Below, in pieces: positions 30,203 to 41,400 of a DNA stretch of 64,000 nt. Numbering within the stretch: position 1 is the stretch's first letter; the number at the start of each line of letters is the position of its first letter. The DNA lies in the NCBI GenBank assembly GCA_963662465.1, contig OY759599.1, forward strand, positions 4,320,001-4,384,000, written 5' to 3'. The translations under genes were made by a program, and so were the position numbers. A model generated the notes under the pieces. It searched no databases. It saw only the letters and a list, made by a program, of their open reading frames with translations, and was not told the DNA's origin. The stretch comes from Desulfatiglandales bacterium. GTDB taxonomy: Bacteria > Desulfobacterota > DSM-4660 > Desulfatiglandales > Desulfatiglandaceae.

Positions 30203-31747
30203 TCAGGCTCCCTGTTTCCCACGTCCGTAAGGAATCCCCAGCTTTTTCATCCGGTTTCTCAGGGTGCTGGGATGGATGCCCAGCAATTCCGCGGCCCCTT
30301 CCGGGCCGTTGATACGTCCCTTGGTCTTTCTCAATATGTTTTCAATGTGTCGGGATATAAGTTCATCCAATCGGAGCGGGCCGTGCTCCGGAAGCGTCAT
30401 GGCATCGGATTCGACTTCCGGTGAAAAAACGTAAGGGTCAAATGACAGGAGACCGCCCCGATACCGGATCAAAGCGCGCTCCACAACATTTTCCAGTTCC
30501 CGCACATTTCCCTTCCAACGGCAGGCGGTCAGGCGGTCCATGGCGCCGGAGGCCAAAGGCGGGACGGTCTTTATCTTGAGTTCCCCGGATTTCCGTCTCA
30601 AAAAATAGTCCACCAGGTTGGGGATATCCGCCTTTCTTTGCCGCAATGGCGGAATAAAAATGGGAAACACGCTCAGCCGGTACCACAAATCTTCCCTGAA
30701 TGTGCCGGCGGCCACCATGTTTTCAAGGTTTTGATGTGTGGCGGCAATAATGCGAATATCCAGGGAAAGGGTTTCGGTTCCACCAACCCGCTCAACTTCC
30801 TTTTGCTGCAGCACCCGCAACAGTCGTATTTGGGCCTGAATGGGCAGCTCCCCGATTTCGTCCAGAAATATGGTTCCCCGATGGGCCCGCTCAAAACGGC
30901 CCCGCTTTCTTGAAACGGCCCCGGTAAAAGCGCCTTTTTCATGGCCGAACAGCTCACTGTCCAATAGGGTGTCGGGAATGGCGCCGCAGTTGACCTTGAT
31001 GAAAGGACCGTCTTTGCGGGGGGAAGAAAAGTGTACGGCGTTGGCGATGACCTCCTTGCCCACTCCGGTTTCGCCCAGAAGAAGCACCGGTGTTTCACGG
31101 GGCGCCGCTTGACGGACCATCTCCATGACGTCTTTTAATCCGAACTCCGCACCGATGATGGTATTGCCTGTCAGCTGCCGAAGTTCGTTTTTGAGATAGC
31201 GGTTGTCCTCGTTCAGGAGATCCTTCAGGCGCAGGAGCTCCTCATGCTTATGGGTGTTGGCGGCGGCAATGGCAAAGGGATCATGCAGCAATCCCAGCAA
31301 TCGCCCGTGGTCTTCGGCATACCGGTCATATCCCGAAGCCCAAATGACCACCCCTCCCAGGGGCTTTCCCCCAATGCTCAGATGCAGAATTATCACCGAT
31401 GAATGGTCCATCTCAAGGGCGGCCCACACAAGGCGGCGAACCGGCTCCCGGTCAGGGCGGTTGATGATCACCACCCGTTGCGCCCCCTCTTCCCGGTTCA
31501 TCATGGAATCTCCCAGATGTTGGGGCAGTGGGATGATCCGGTTCATTTTTTGCGCGCCGCCGGCACTCACCCCGGCCACACAACGGATGGCGAAAAGCGC
31601 CGGATCGTAACGGTTCATGGTCATGCCGTCAATGGGCATAAAATCCTTCAAATACAAAAAGCATTGCCTCATGGCCTGCTCAATTTCCAGGCTCCCGCAA
31701 ATACGCAGGGTTGCCTGTTGAAAAAAATCCTTTTCATCTATGGTCAT
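30203..31747 (-). CDS. GAF-type sigma-54-dependent activator, copy 2
   Basis: GAFTGA etc.; near-identical to 21259-22794. Confidence 0.95.
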   Translation of the reverse strand: MTIDEKDFFQQATLRICGSLEIEQAMRQCFLYLKDFMPIDGMTMNRYDPALFAIRCVAGVSAGGAQKMNRIIPLPQHLGDSMMNREEGAQRVVIINRPDREPVRRLVWAALEMDHSSVIILHLSIGGKPLGGVVIWASGYDRYAEDHGRLLGLLHDPFAIAAANTHKHEELLRLKDLLNEDNRYLKNELRQLTGNTIIGAEFGLKDVMEMVRQAAPRETPVLLLGETGVGKEVIANAVHFSSPRKDGPFIKVNCGAIPDTLLDSELFGHEKGAFTGAVSRKRGRFERAHRGTIFLDEIGELPIQAQIRLLRVLQQKEVERVGGTETLSLDIRIIAATHQNLENMVAAGTFREDLWYRLSVFPIFIPPLRQRKADIPNLVDYFLRRKSGELKIKTVPPLASGAMDRLTACRWKGNVRELENVVERALIRYRGGLLSFDPYVFSPEVESDAMTLPEHGPLRLDELISRHIENILRKTKGRINGPEGAAELLGIHPSTLRNRMKKLGIPYGRGKQGA

Positions 31748-31831
31748 GTGATGCCTCTTTTCAATTGCCCTAAAACCCTCTGATCGCCCGCCACATAAAT
31801 TGTCGTATTAGACAAATATTAGTATGAGCTG

Positions 31832-31933
31832 CCAAATATGGAAACTAATTTACCGCATTCGAAAGCAAAAACAATCTTCAAAAACATATCCGTTTGATAT
31901 CAATAGAGAAAAACTTTCGGCACGGTTTAAGCT
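31832..31933 (+). promoter_or_regulatory. Sigma-54 promoter with upstream activator site, copy 2
   Basis: CGGCACGGTTTAAGCT (GG-N10-GC) 31918-31933; CCAAATATGG at 31832, 87 bp upstream of GG as in copy 1. Confidence 0.78.
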
Positions 31934-31990
31934 ATGCCCGAAGGAAAACAACACAGCCTAAATCCATGCAACGTACAAAGGGAGTTGGTC

Positions 31991-32332
31991 ATGAAATGGC
32001 TCGAAATTATCCATTTGCGAACGATCCATCCCCACTTTGAAACGCTTTTGAACGATCTTGCGGAACCCATAAAGGCCATCGAAAATGATCGGAACCTTTC
32101 AACCCTCAGAGTCTACCGTCATCCGCGATTGGACACCGAAGTAATCATTCATATTCATTGGACCGGTCGTAAACCGCAAGTCCTTGAAAGCGCACTCGGA
32201 TTGCGTCTTGCAAATTTATTGGATGAATACGGAACCGCAAACCACTCCATATGGATGGAATGGCTGGAAAACAAAGGAGATGGGGGCGATCTTCAAAACC
32301 TATCGCACAATGATAACGGATGCTCAAAATGA
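31991..32332 (+). CDS. Hypothetical protein
   Basis: MKWLEIIHLR ORF with GGGAG RBS, first gene after the sigma54 promoter. Confidence 0.7.
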   Translation: MKWLEIIHLRTIHPHFETLLNDLAEPIKAIENDRNLSTLRVYRHPRLDTEVIIHIHWTGRKPQVLESALGLRLANLLDEYGTANHSIWMEWLENKGDGGDLQNLSHNDNGCSK

Positions 32333-33477
32333 AAATCATGAACTCCACATATCAACGCGCCTCAAAATATGGCGCACTCCTTTTTTTCAACCTGCTCTTC
32401 AGTTCCAACCTTTTATATGCGGGAACGCAAAGCATGCATACGCATGAAACCGCTTCCGGATCAGCATTGGCCGAAAAAACGACATGGGCGGATACTGAAT
32501 CAAAACATCAAACTCACCCCGAAACCCATGAAGACGCCTTGTCGATCCTGTTCGGAAACGACTATTTTGCAGGCAACGACAGTCGGTATACCAGCGGATT
32601 TGGTCTGGCTTGGACTTCGGCGGATATCAATGCCTTTGGACCGAGTCATCCATATGCAAAAATAGGAAACCTTCTCGCCTTTATTCCAACAGTCAAAAAT
32701 TCAACCTATAAAAAGTATCTGCAGTTTACCCTTGGCATGGAGATCTACACGGCAGAGGACATTACCATGCCCGATCCCCCGAAAAACGACCATCCATATG
32801 CCGGCATTCTGTATCTGGATAATTCAATCATATCCATCGGGCCCGGGTCGAGCCATCAATTCAATCTTCGACTCGGGGTGGTGGGCCCGGCTTCCGGGGC
32901 CGAATACGTTCAAACACGCTTTCACGAAATCATCGACTCCCCGGCGCCCCGGGGGTGGGACACGCAGCTTCGGAATGAGCCCATCGTAAACCTCTTTTAT
33001 CAATACGGTCGTCGCCTGGTCCGAAATGCCCCTTTGGATCATTTCGGTTTTGATTTGACGGCAAACGGAGGCGGAGGGCTCGGTAATTACTACACGGGCG
33101 CCAACATCGGTTTGACGGCGAGAATCGGTTGCAATCTTCCGGATACCTACTCATCCATGCCGATTTTAGGAGAAGCGGCATCCCTCGCCGGACTCTCGCC
33201 CGCCGGCAACAATTTCCGCTGTTACGCATTTCTGGAACCACGGTTTTTCGGCGTCCTCAGGTGGCTCCCGACGGATGGAAATACCTTTGTCGACAGCCGA
33301 AGCGGCGACAGAGACCGCTGGTTTTCCAATCTTTCCCTCGGGTTGGTATTGGGGTACGGAAAATTCGCTCTTTCATGTATATATCACAACATCGTCGGCG
33401 CGTTCTGTTTCAAAAACACCGTTTCCGGCAATCAGGATAGTTACGGCACCGTTATTTTAACGGTTTTTCTGGGTTAA
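32329..33477 (+). CDS. Lipid A deacylase LpxR family (DUF2219) outer-membrane protein
   Basis: ND...DSRYTSG, IYTAEDI, DHPYAG, LGVVGPAS, QTRFH, GWDTQLRNE. Confidence 0.85.
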   Translation: MKIMNSTYQRASKYGALLFFNLLFSSNLLYAGTQSMHTHETASGSALAEKTTWADTESKHQTHPETHEDALSILFGNDYFAGNDSRYTSGFGLAWTSADINAFGPSHPYAKIGNLLAFIPTVKNSTYKKYLQFTLGMEIYTAEDITMPDPPKNDHPYAGILYLDNSIISIGPGSSHQFNLRLGVVGPASGAEYVQTRFHEIIDSPAPRGWDTQLRNEPIVNLFYQYGRRLVRNAPLDHFGFDLTANGGGGLGNYYTGANIGLTARIGCNLPDTYSSMPILGEAASLAGLSPAGNNFRCYAFLEPRFFGVLRWLPTDGNTFVDSRSGDRDRWFSNLSLGLVLGYGKFALSCIYHNIVGAFCFKNTVSGNQDSYGTVILTVFLG

Positions 33478-33569
33478 GCCCTTGGTCCAAAATGATTTGC
33501 GCAACAAGCCGCATGGTTTTTCCTGAAAACCCATGCGTTTAAAAGAGCCTTTAATTATCGGAGAAAAAA

Positions 33570-36224
33570 ATGAAATCCTTAAGAAACAAAATTATTGATT
33601 TTTCGATCAATCATTACAAACAGGCAACCCTGTTTATGGTACTGCTAACCCTTGCGGCGGCCATGTTTTTCCCGTGGGTGGTAATCGACACCGATCCCGA
33701 GAACATGCTCCCCATAGACGAACCCCACCGCGTATTCCACAATCAAACTAAAAAAACGTTTTCTCTCAGTGAAATCGTAGTGGTGGGCGTTGTAAACGAA
33801 CATGATCCAGACGGCGTTTACAATCCGGAGACCCTCTCCAGAATTTATGAGCTAACCGAATTCGCCAAAACCCTTCGGTGGCCCGATGAAAAAAATCCCG
33901 GGGCTTTTACGGGCGTCATCGAAGCGGATATGGTGGGGCCGTCGTTAACGGATCACATGAGCCAGGGCGGCCCCGGCGTGATCCGGTTCGAATGGCTCAT
34001 GAGCAAACCGCCCAAAACCAGGGAAGAGGCCCTGGCCATCCGGGACAAGGCCTTCAGCAATCCCCTGCTCAAGGGGAGGATGTTCTCGGAAGACGGCAAG
34101 GCCATGTGCATCTATCTGCCGCTCACCGACAAACACCTGAGTTACAGGATTTACAACGAATTACAGCAAAAAACAGCGGAACTGGGCGGCCGGGAAGCGT
34201 ATCACATCGCCGGTCTGCCGGTGGCGGAGGTGGCCATCGGCGTGGAGATGTTTTCCCAAATGGGGGTGGGAAGCGCCCTGTCCATGGCGGTCATATTCGC
34301 CCTTCTGTGGTTCTTTTTTCGTAAATTGCGGCTGATCATCCTGCCCATGATTATTGCTATGTTTTCGGTGATCACCACCATGGGGCTTTTAATCGCATCG
34401 GGTTTTCCGGTTCATATCATGAGTTCCATGATTCCCATTTTCCTCATGTGCATCGGCGTGGTGAGTTCCATCCATATTCTTTCGGAATTTTTTGATATTT
34501 ACACCCGGGAAAAGGGCCGCAAAGAGAGCATCCGGGAAGTGATGCACACCCTTTTCATTCCCATTTTGTATACCTCTCTCACGACGGCCGCCGGCTTTTT
34601 TTCGCTGACCTTCACTTCCATACCGCCGATGCGGATCTTCGGTGCGTATCTCAGCATCGGCGTCATGATCGCATGGCTTTATACGGTCGTATTCGTTCCC
34701 GCCTATATCATGATGATTCCCGAACGAAAATTAAAAAACTTCGGCATGTCCGCCCACGGAACCGAAAAAGAAAACGGGTTGACCCGATTGCTGAGGGCCA
34801 CGGGAGGGTTGACCTATCATCGCGCAAAATCGGTTCTGTTTTTATTGGCCGTTTTAATCGGCATCGCCGTATGGGGCATTACCCAAATCAGAGTCAACGA
34901 CAATTACGCCAAGCGGTTCACGGGCAGCCACCCCATCCGCAAAGCGGATGTCGCTTTCAACAAACATCTGGACGGCACCTATGCCGCCTACCTGATCCTG
35001 CAAGGAGAAAAACCGGGGGACACAACATCCCGGGACATAGAAACATTGGGGAAACGGATGGCGGAATTTGCAAATGACATCAAGGCGGAATTTACCCGTG
35101 CTCCGGATCTCGCCGGAAGCATCCGGGAAGATTTGCAGCGGTTGAATGAAGATGATTTGCCGTATGATAATTATCTCAATGCGCTCATGGGGCATATTGA
35201 CGCCCTGGCCGAAACCGCTCCGGACGACGACTATGACGCTTTTCAGGAACTTCGCGCCTTCATCGGCGTTCAAAAAGAAAGCCTAAAAGTGTTCAAACGT
35301 CCGGAAGTGCTGGCATACATGGCAGCCCTTCAAAAACATCTTGATGATTCGGGACTGGTGGGGAAAACGACCTCCATCGCCGATGTGGTTTGCAAGGTCA
35401 ATCAGGAGCTCATTGACGGAAAACCCGAAAACTTCCGCATACCGGAAACGTCCCAAGGCGTTGCGGAGTGCTTTCTGCAATTCCAGCAGGGACACCGGCC
35501 GCAGGATTTATGGCATATGACGACCCCGGACTATATGCAGGCCAATATTTGGGTCCAGATGACCACCGGCAACAGCATGGACATGAGGGCGGTCGTAAAC
35601 GAAGTGGATGCATACATGGAAGCCCATGAACCGCCCGCCCAACTGATGTATCGCTGGGCCGGACTGCACTATATCAATCACGTGATGGAGGGCATCCTCA
35701 TCTCGGGCATGATCAAGTCCCTTCTGGGCAGCTTTGTCATCGTCTTTATCATGATGGCCGTGCTGTTTCGTTCATTGCTGTGGGGGCTTTTGTGCATGGC
35801 GCCTTTGACCATCACCATTGTGGCCATTTACGGCATCGTGGGGCTCACGGGAAAAGATTACGATCTGCCCATTGCGGTGCTGGGCGCTCTGGCGCTGGGC
35901 ATGGCCGTCGATTTCGCCATTCATTTTCTCCAACGATCCCGCGTCAAATACGGGGAAAAGGGGGCCTGGAAAGACGTCATTTCCCCCATGTTCGGGGAGC
36001 CGGCCCGGGCCATCAGCCGAAACGTGCTGGTCATCGCCATCGGATTTCTGCCGCTTTTGACGGCGCCCTTGATCCCATACAAGACCATGGGCGTGATGCT
36101 CTTTACCATCATGAGTCTTTCAGGGATTATCACGTTGTTGGTCCTGCCGTCCATACTGACCCTGTGCGAAAAATGGTTCTTCAAGAAATTCAATCATCAA
36201 AACCAAGATTTTGATAAATCGTAA
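33570..36224 (+). CDS. MMPL/RND family transporter
   Basis: IDTDPENML, two TM bundles, TSLTTAAGF, GMAVDFAIHFL. Confidence 0.92.
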   Translation: MKSLRNKIIDFSINHYKQATLFMVLLTLAAAMFFPWVVIDTDPENMLPIDEPHRVFHNQTKKTFSLSEIVVVGVVNEHDPDGVYNPETLSRIYELTEFAKTLRWPDEKNPGAFTGVIEADMVGPSLTDHMSQGGPGVIRFEWLMSKPPKTREEALAIRDKAFSNPLLKGRMFSEDGKAMCIYLPLTDKHLSYRIYNELQQKTAELGGREAYHIAGLPVAEVAIGVEMFSQMGVGSALSMAVIFALLWFFFRKLRLIILPMIIAMFSVITTMGLLIASGFPVHIMSSMIPIFLMCIGVVSSIHILSEFFDIYTREKGRKESIREVMHTLFIPILYTSLTTAAGFFSLTFTSIPPMRIFGAYLSIGVMIAWLYTVVFVPAYIMMIPERKLKNFGMSAHGTEKENGLTRLLRATGGLTYHRAKSVLFLLAVLIGIAVWGITQIRVNDNYAKRFTGSHPIRKADVAFNKHLDGTYAAYLILQGEKPGDTTSRDIETLGKRMAEFANDIKAEFTRAPDLAGSIREDLQRLNEDDLPYDNYLNALMGHIDALAETAPDDDYDAFQELRAFIGVQKESLKVFKRPEVLAYMAALQKHLDDSGLVGKTTSIADVVCKVNQELIDGKPENFRIPETSQGVAECFLQFQQGHRPQDLWHMTTPDYMQANIWVQMTTGNSMDMRAVVNEVDAYMEAHEPPAQLMYRWAGLHYINHVMEGILISGMIKSLLGSFVIVFIMMAVLFRSLLWGLLCMAPLTITIVAIYGIVGLTGKDYDLPIAVLGALALGMAVDFAIHFLQRSRVKYGEKGAWKDVISPMFGEPARAISRNVLVIAIGFLPLLTAPLIPYKTMGVMLFTIMSLSGIITLLVLPSILTLCEKWFFKKFNHQNQDFDKS

Positions 36225-36249
36225 ACTTCAAAACAAACGGAGGGAAAAA

Positions 36250-37092
36250 ATGAAAAAGATCAATGGCATTTTATTCATGATGACGGTTGTGTTGTTTGCC
36301 CTGCCCCCCTGGACTTTGGCGGAAAAATCCCCTGAACCCATGTCGGCGGATGAAATCATTGGAAAAGCCAACCATGCGGCCCTGTATCAGGGGCACGACA
36401 GCAAAGGCAAGGTGAAAATGGTGATTATGGACAAACAGGGCCGCGAGCGAAAACGGGAATTGAACATGCTTCGAAAAGACGTCGGAGATGCGGACGGAGA
36501 TCAAAAATACTTCGTCTATTTTCAGGCGCCGGCGGATGTTCGAAAGATGATCTTCATGGTGCACAAACATGCGGAACCGGACAAGGAAGACGATCGCTGG
36601 CTCTACATGCCCAGCCTGGATCTGGTGAAACGGATCGCCGGGGGCGACAAACGCACCAGCTTCGCGGGATCGGATTTTCTGTATGAGGACATATCCGGCC
36701 GCAATGTGGAGGCGGACGTTCATGAATTGATTGAGACAACGGATGCGCATTATGTGGTCAAAAACACGCCGAAACAGCCCGACGACGTGGAATTCGGGCA
36801 CTACAATGCCTATCTGGACAAAAACACTTTCATTCCCATGAAAATAGAATATTTCCGGAAAGACGGTCGCCCTTATCGCGTTATCAAGTCCACCAAAATC
36901 GAAGAAATCGAAGCCGGGGAAGACGGAAAAAAAGTGGTCTACCCGACGGTGGTCGAGTCCATTGCCGAGGATATGGAAAGCGGCTCCAAAACCATCATGA
37001 CATTTTCCAATATCCGGTACAACATCGGGATAAAGGACTCTATTTTTTCCGAACGCTATCTGAGAAGGCCGCCCAGGGAGGCCATGCGATAG
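36250..37092 (+). CDS. Outer membrane lipoprotein-sorting (LolA-like) protein
   Basis: APADVR, DDRWLYMPSLDLVKRI, SFAGSDFLYEDI, IFSERYL. Confidence 0.88.
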   Translation: MKKINGILFMMTVVLFALPPWTLAEKSPEPMSADEIIGKANHAALYQGHDSKGKVKMVIMDKQGRERKRELNMLRKDVGDADGDQKYFVYFQAPADVRKMIFMVHKHAEPDKEDDRWLYMPSLDLVKRIAGGDKRTSFAGSDFLYEDISGRNVEADVHELIETTDAHYVVKNTPKQPDDVEFGHYNAYLDKNTFIPMKIEYFRKDGRPYRVIKSTKIEEIEAGEDGKKVVYPTVVESIAEDMESGSKTIMTFSNIRYNIGIKDSIFSERYLRRPPREAMR

Positions 37093-37096
37093 GAAC

Positions 37097-38380
37097 ATGA
37101 AGACTTTTAAAAAACCTGTCCTGGCAATTTTTATATGGACCCTGATCCCGCTTTCATGGCTTCATGCCGGGGAAACGGAGGACGGCGATCTTTGGAACCA
37201 TTTTGCGCCCGTTGAATTCAACGGTTTTCTTGAACTGCGAGGGGGCATGCGCACCCAATACGACGCTTATGAAAAGGATATTTCCGTCATGGAAGCCCGG
37301 GCACAGGTGGAGCTTTTCACCTACACCGACTGGGCGGAATTCAAATACAAGGGGGACGGTTGGGCCGACGGCGTTCTTGAAAGGTTCGAGTACGATACCC
37401 GCGAGGCCTTTATCTTTTCAAGGCCCAGCGATTTCCTGGACGTAAAAATCGGCCGCCAGATCCTCACCTGGGGAACGGGGGACCTGGTCTTTTTAAACGA
37501 CCTGTTCCCCAAGGACTGGCAGTCTTTTTTTATCGGACGGGACAGTGAGTATCTCAAGGCCCCCTCGGATGCGGCCAAATTCAGCATTTTTTCGGAAAAG
37601 ATTGCCTGTATGGACTTGGTGTACACCCCCAAGTTCGACCCGGACCGCTTTGTGAACGGCGAATATCTCTCCTATTGGAGCGGCGCCCTGCACCGGATCG
37701 TGGGCCGGGATGCCATCGTGGTCACAGATACGCCCGACCGTTGGTTCAGGGACGATGAAATCGCAGTTCGCATATACCGAAACATGCACGGGTTTGAATA
37801 TGCCCTCTACGGCTATTGGGGATTCTGGAAAAACCCAGCCGGACAGACACCTGCGGGCATCGCACTTTTTCCGGGGCTAAATGTTTACGGCGCCAGTGTC
37901 CGGGGGAACGTGGGACCCGGCATCGGAAACATCGAACTGGCCTATTATGATTCAACGGATGACGCGGACGGCGACAATCCAGCTATACGAAATTCCGAAA
38001 TTCGGTATCTTGCGGGATATACCCAGGAGATCGCAAAAGATTTTAACGGAAGTCTGCAATACTATGTGGAACAGATGCTCGATTACGGCGATTACAAAAA
38101 GGGCATCCAGGGAAGTACCGCCAAGGATCATATAAGGCATGTCATCACGCTGCAGCTGACAAAACTGCTGATGAACCAGAACCTGGAACTGACCCTCAAT
38201 GCCTATTACTCCCCCAGCGATCAAGATGCCTACCTGATGCCGAAGATCCACTACAAATACACGGACCAGATCGGAATGGAGATCGGGGGGAATTTCTTCT
38301 TCGGCAGCGACGAACATACTTTTTTTTCCCAGTTCGAAAACAACAGCAATGTATATGCGGCCATCCGCTACAGTTTTTAA
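37097..38380 (+). CDS. Outer-membrane beta-barrel protein (DUF1302-like)
   Basis: Signal peptide, KIGRQILTWG, C-terminal IRYSF. Confidence 0.75.
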   Translation: MKTFKKPVLAIFIWTLIPLSWLHAGETEDGDLWNHFAPVEFNGFLELRGGMRTQYDAYEKDISVMEARAQVELFTYTDWAEFKYKGDGWADGVLERFEYDTREAFIFSRPSDFLDVKIGRQILTWGTGDLVFLNDLFPKDWQSFFIGRDSEYLKAPSDAAKFSIFSEKIACMDLVYTPKFDPDRFVNGEYLSYWSGALHRIVGRDAIVVTDTPDRWFRDDEIAVRIYRNMHGFEYALYGYWGFWKNPAGQTPAGIALFPGLNVYGASVRGNVGPGIGNIELAYYDSTDDADGDNPAIRNSEIRYLAGYTQEIAKDFNGSLQYYVEQMLDYGDYKKGIQGSTAKDHIRHVITLQLTKLLMNQNLELTLNAYYSPSDQDAYLMPKIHYKYTDQIGMEIGGNFFFGSDEHTFFSQFENNSNVYAAIRYSF

Positions 38381-38413
38381 GAGGTTACGGGAGTATTTTA
38401 AGGAGACGACACC

Positions 38414-41400
38414 ATGCTCAGTCTGGGATTGGATATCGGATATTCATCCATCAAATTGGCGTTGATCGACAGCGACAACAGGATAATATATCACGTCTAT
38501 AAATTGCATAGGGGCAACATCAGGGAAACCCTGGGCTCCGCCATCGAAGATCTTTTGAGACACCCTGAAGCCGGAAAGATACGGCGGGGGGCCGTTACCG
38601 GCAGCGGCGGCAGAGGCCTCTCTAAGAAAAGCAATATCACGTTTGTGAACGAGGCCACGGCCATTGTGGAAGGGGCTATTGCTGAAAACAACACCTGTAA
38701 ATCCATTATCGAAATCGGAGGGCAGAGCGCAAAATACATCAGCGATTTCGGCGCCGAAGACAAGTCGGGCATCAAGATTTCCATGAATTCCAACTGTTCC
38801 GCCGGTACCGGTTCGTTTCTGGAAGAACAGGTTTCCCGATTGAAATTGAAGTTGGAAGACTACGCTTCGTATGCGGAAAAAGCCGCAACCATCCCCCGAA
38901 TCGCAGGGAGGTGCAGCGTATTTGCCAAGACGGACATCACCCACCACCAGCAGGAAGGGGTTCCGGTTGAGGATATTTTATGGGGGTTGGCCCATGCCAT
39001 GGTCAGAAATTACCGGGGATCGGTCATGCGAAAACTCCCCATGAAAAAGCCCATCTTGTTTGTGGGGGGGGTTGCCCATAATCGGGCCATTGTCAAAGCC
39101 TTTAAACAAATACTCAAGTTGGGAGAGGAACAACTCATTGTCCCCGAACATTTTGCCGTTATCGGCGCACTGGGGGCCGCCGTCATGGCGAATCATGGAA
39201 AATTCGCCTTGAATACGGATGAATTGCTCAACGCCTTGGAACAAAATAATGTTTTCTTTGAGGAGGACCGTTCAAAGGCGCCATTGCCGAATCTGTTGCC
39301 CTTTGGCGAAGACGACGCTTCGGGAAAGCATGATTTTGAGCCCATCAATTCCGGGCCTGACGTTCTGGTATGCTGGCTGGGTATCGATGTGGGGTCAACC
39401 AGCACCAATTTGGTTCTCGTGGATCAAAAGAATCGCATGGTTTCGTTCCAATACCTGAGGACCCTGGGCAAACCCCTGGCGGCGGTGCAAAAAGGATTGA
39501 ACAATATTAACAACGAATTCGGAAACAGGATTAGAATCGCAGGGGTCGGCGCAACGGGCTCCGGCAGGTTGATGATCGGAAAGGCGGTGGGCGCCGATGT
39601 GGTCAAAGACGAAATTACGAGTCAGGCCAAAGCCGCCGTTCACCTTGACCCCGCCGTGGACACCATATTTGAAATCGGAGGACAGGATTCAAAATACATC
39701 GGCCTGAAAAACGGCGTTGTCAGGGATTTCCAAATGAACAAAATCTGTGCCGCGGGAACCGGTTCATTTATCGAAGAACAGGCCGTGAAATTCAACCTTC
39801 CAATTCAGGATTTCGGCAGGATGGCCCTTGATGGTTCCGACCCTATTGCGTTGGGAGAACGATGCACGGTTTTCATGGAAACCAGCGTTGCGGCTCATCT
39901 GGCAAGGGGCGCCCGCCTGGAGGATATGGCCTCGGGGCTTTGTTATTCTATTGTCAAGAATTACCTCAACCGGGTTGTCGGGCAAAAACGTATCGGAGAA
40001 AGGGTTTTTTTACAGGGCGGCATTGCCTACAATCAAGGAGTCGTCAACGCCTTCAGGGCCCTGACCGGAAAGTCCATTGAGGTTCCGCCCTTTTTCAGCG
40101 TTACCGGGGCCTACGGGGTTGCCATGCTGGCCCGGGAAGAGATGCATCCCGGCGGGACGCGCTTCGGGGGGTTCGATATCCAAACGGACATCCTCCGTCG
40201 TGATCAGGATGAGGATGATAGAGAAAGTAAGGACAGCGCCGAACTATTTAATGATGCCATTGCCGATCTCATTTTCGAGGGATACGACGGCGCACGGGCG
40301 CCCGAAAGAAAAACAGTGGGCATTCCGAGAGCGCTTTTCACCTATGGCATGTTCTCCATGTTCAATGCTTTCTTTCGGGAGCTCGGCTTCAATGTCTTGT
40401 TGTCCGAACCGACCCATGAAAAAACCATCCAATGGGCACAGGAATACGCGCTGGATGAAACCTGCTATCCCGTCAAATTGATCAACGGTCATGTTGCGGA
40501 ACTGATCCGAAAAAAGGTCGACTTCATTTTCTTTCCGGATCTTTTCACGGTGGAGCATCCGGGATCCCACACAAGGCAAAATTACGGATGCGCCTATATG
40601 CAGCTGGCCTTCAAAATCGTCAACCAGGCCATGGAATTAAAAACAAAAGGCATAACGCTTCTGGCCCCCACCATTGCCTTCAGTTTCGGCAAGGAATTTA
40701 TGATGAAAAGTTTTATGGGCCTGGGACGGCAGCTCGGGAAAAGCCCCGAACAGACAGCCTTCGCCCTTCAAAAGGGGATGCAGTCTTTTCATGCTTTCGA
40801 AAAAAGAATCGAGAAAAAGGGGCAGGACATTATCAGCGAAATCGATCCCAAGGAAAAAACCTTCGTCATCATATCGAAAATCTACGGAATAGCCGACCGG
40901 ATATTAAATATGAAAATACCCGGAAGGCTCATGGATATGGGATACAAGGCAGTGCCTTTCTACTATCTGCCGGAAGGCGATATCTCCAAAAGACACCCCA
41001 ATATGTACTGGCCTTTCGGCCAGCATATCCTCAATTCCGCACTGTTCATAAAAGATCACCCCAATTTCTACGGGATTCTGCTCACCCATCACGGATGCGG
41101 CCCGGATTCGGTCCTCACCCATTTCTTTAAGGAAATGATGGGAGACAAACCCTACTTGAACATAGAGGTGGATGAACATTCCTCCCATGTGGGGGTCATC
41201 ACCCGGCTGGAAGCCTTTGTCAACAGCCTGAGCAAGACCCCGCCCAAAAAAATTGACGACTCGCCGTCGTATTTAAAAAACGTTGTTCAGGAAAAAGTGA
41301 ATATCGATACCTCCCTGACCGGATTGAGACGCAACACCACGGTGTATTTACCCAACCTTTATCCCTATTCCTTTATTTTCGGAAAAATACTCGCGAACAA

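Larger units (their letters stand above)
27758..31933. repeat. Segmental duplication copy B
   Basis: Same gene order and high similarity to 18794-22958, offset about 8.95 kb. Confidence 0.9.
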
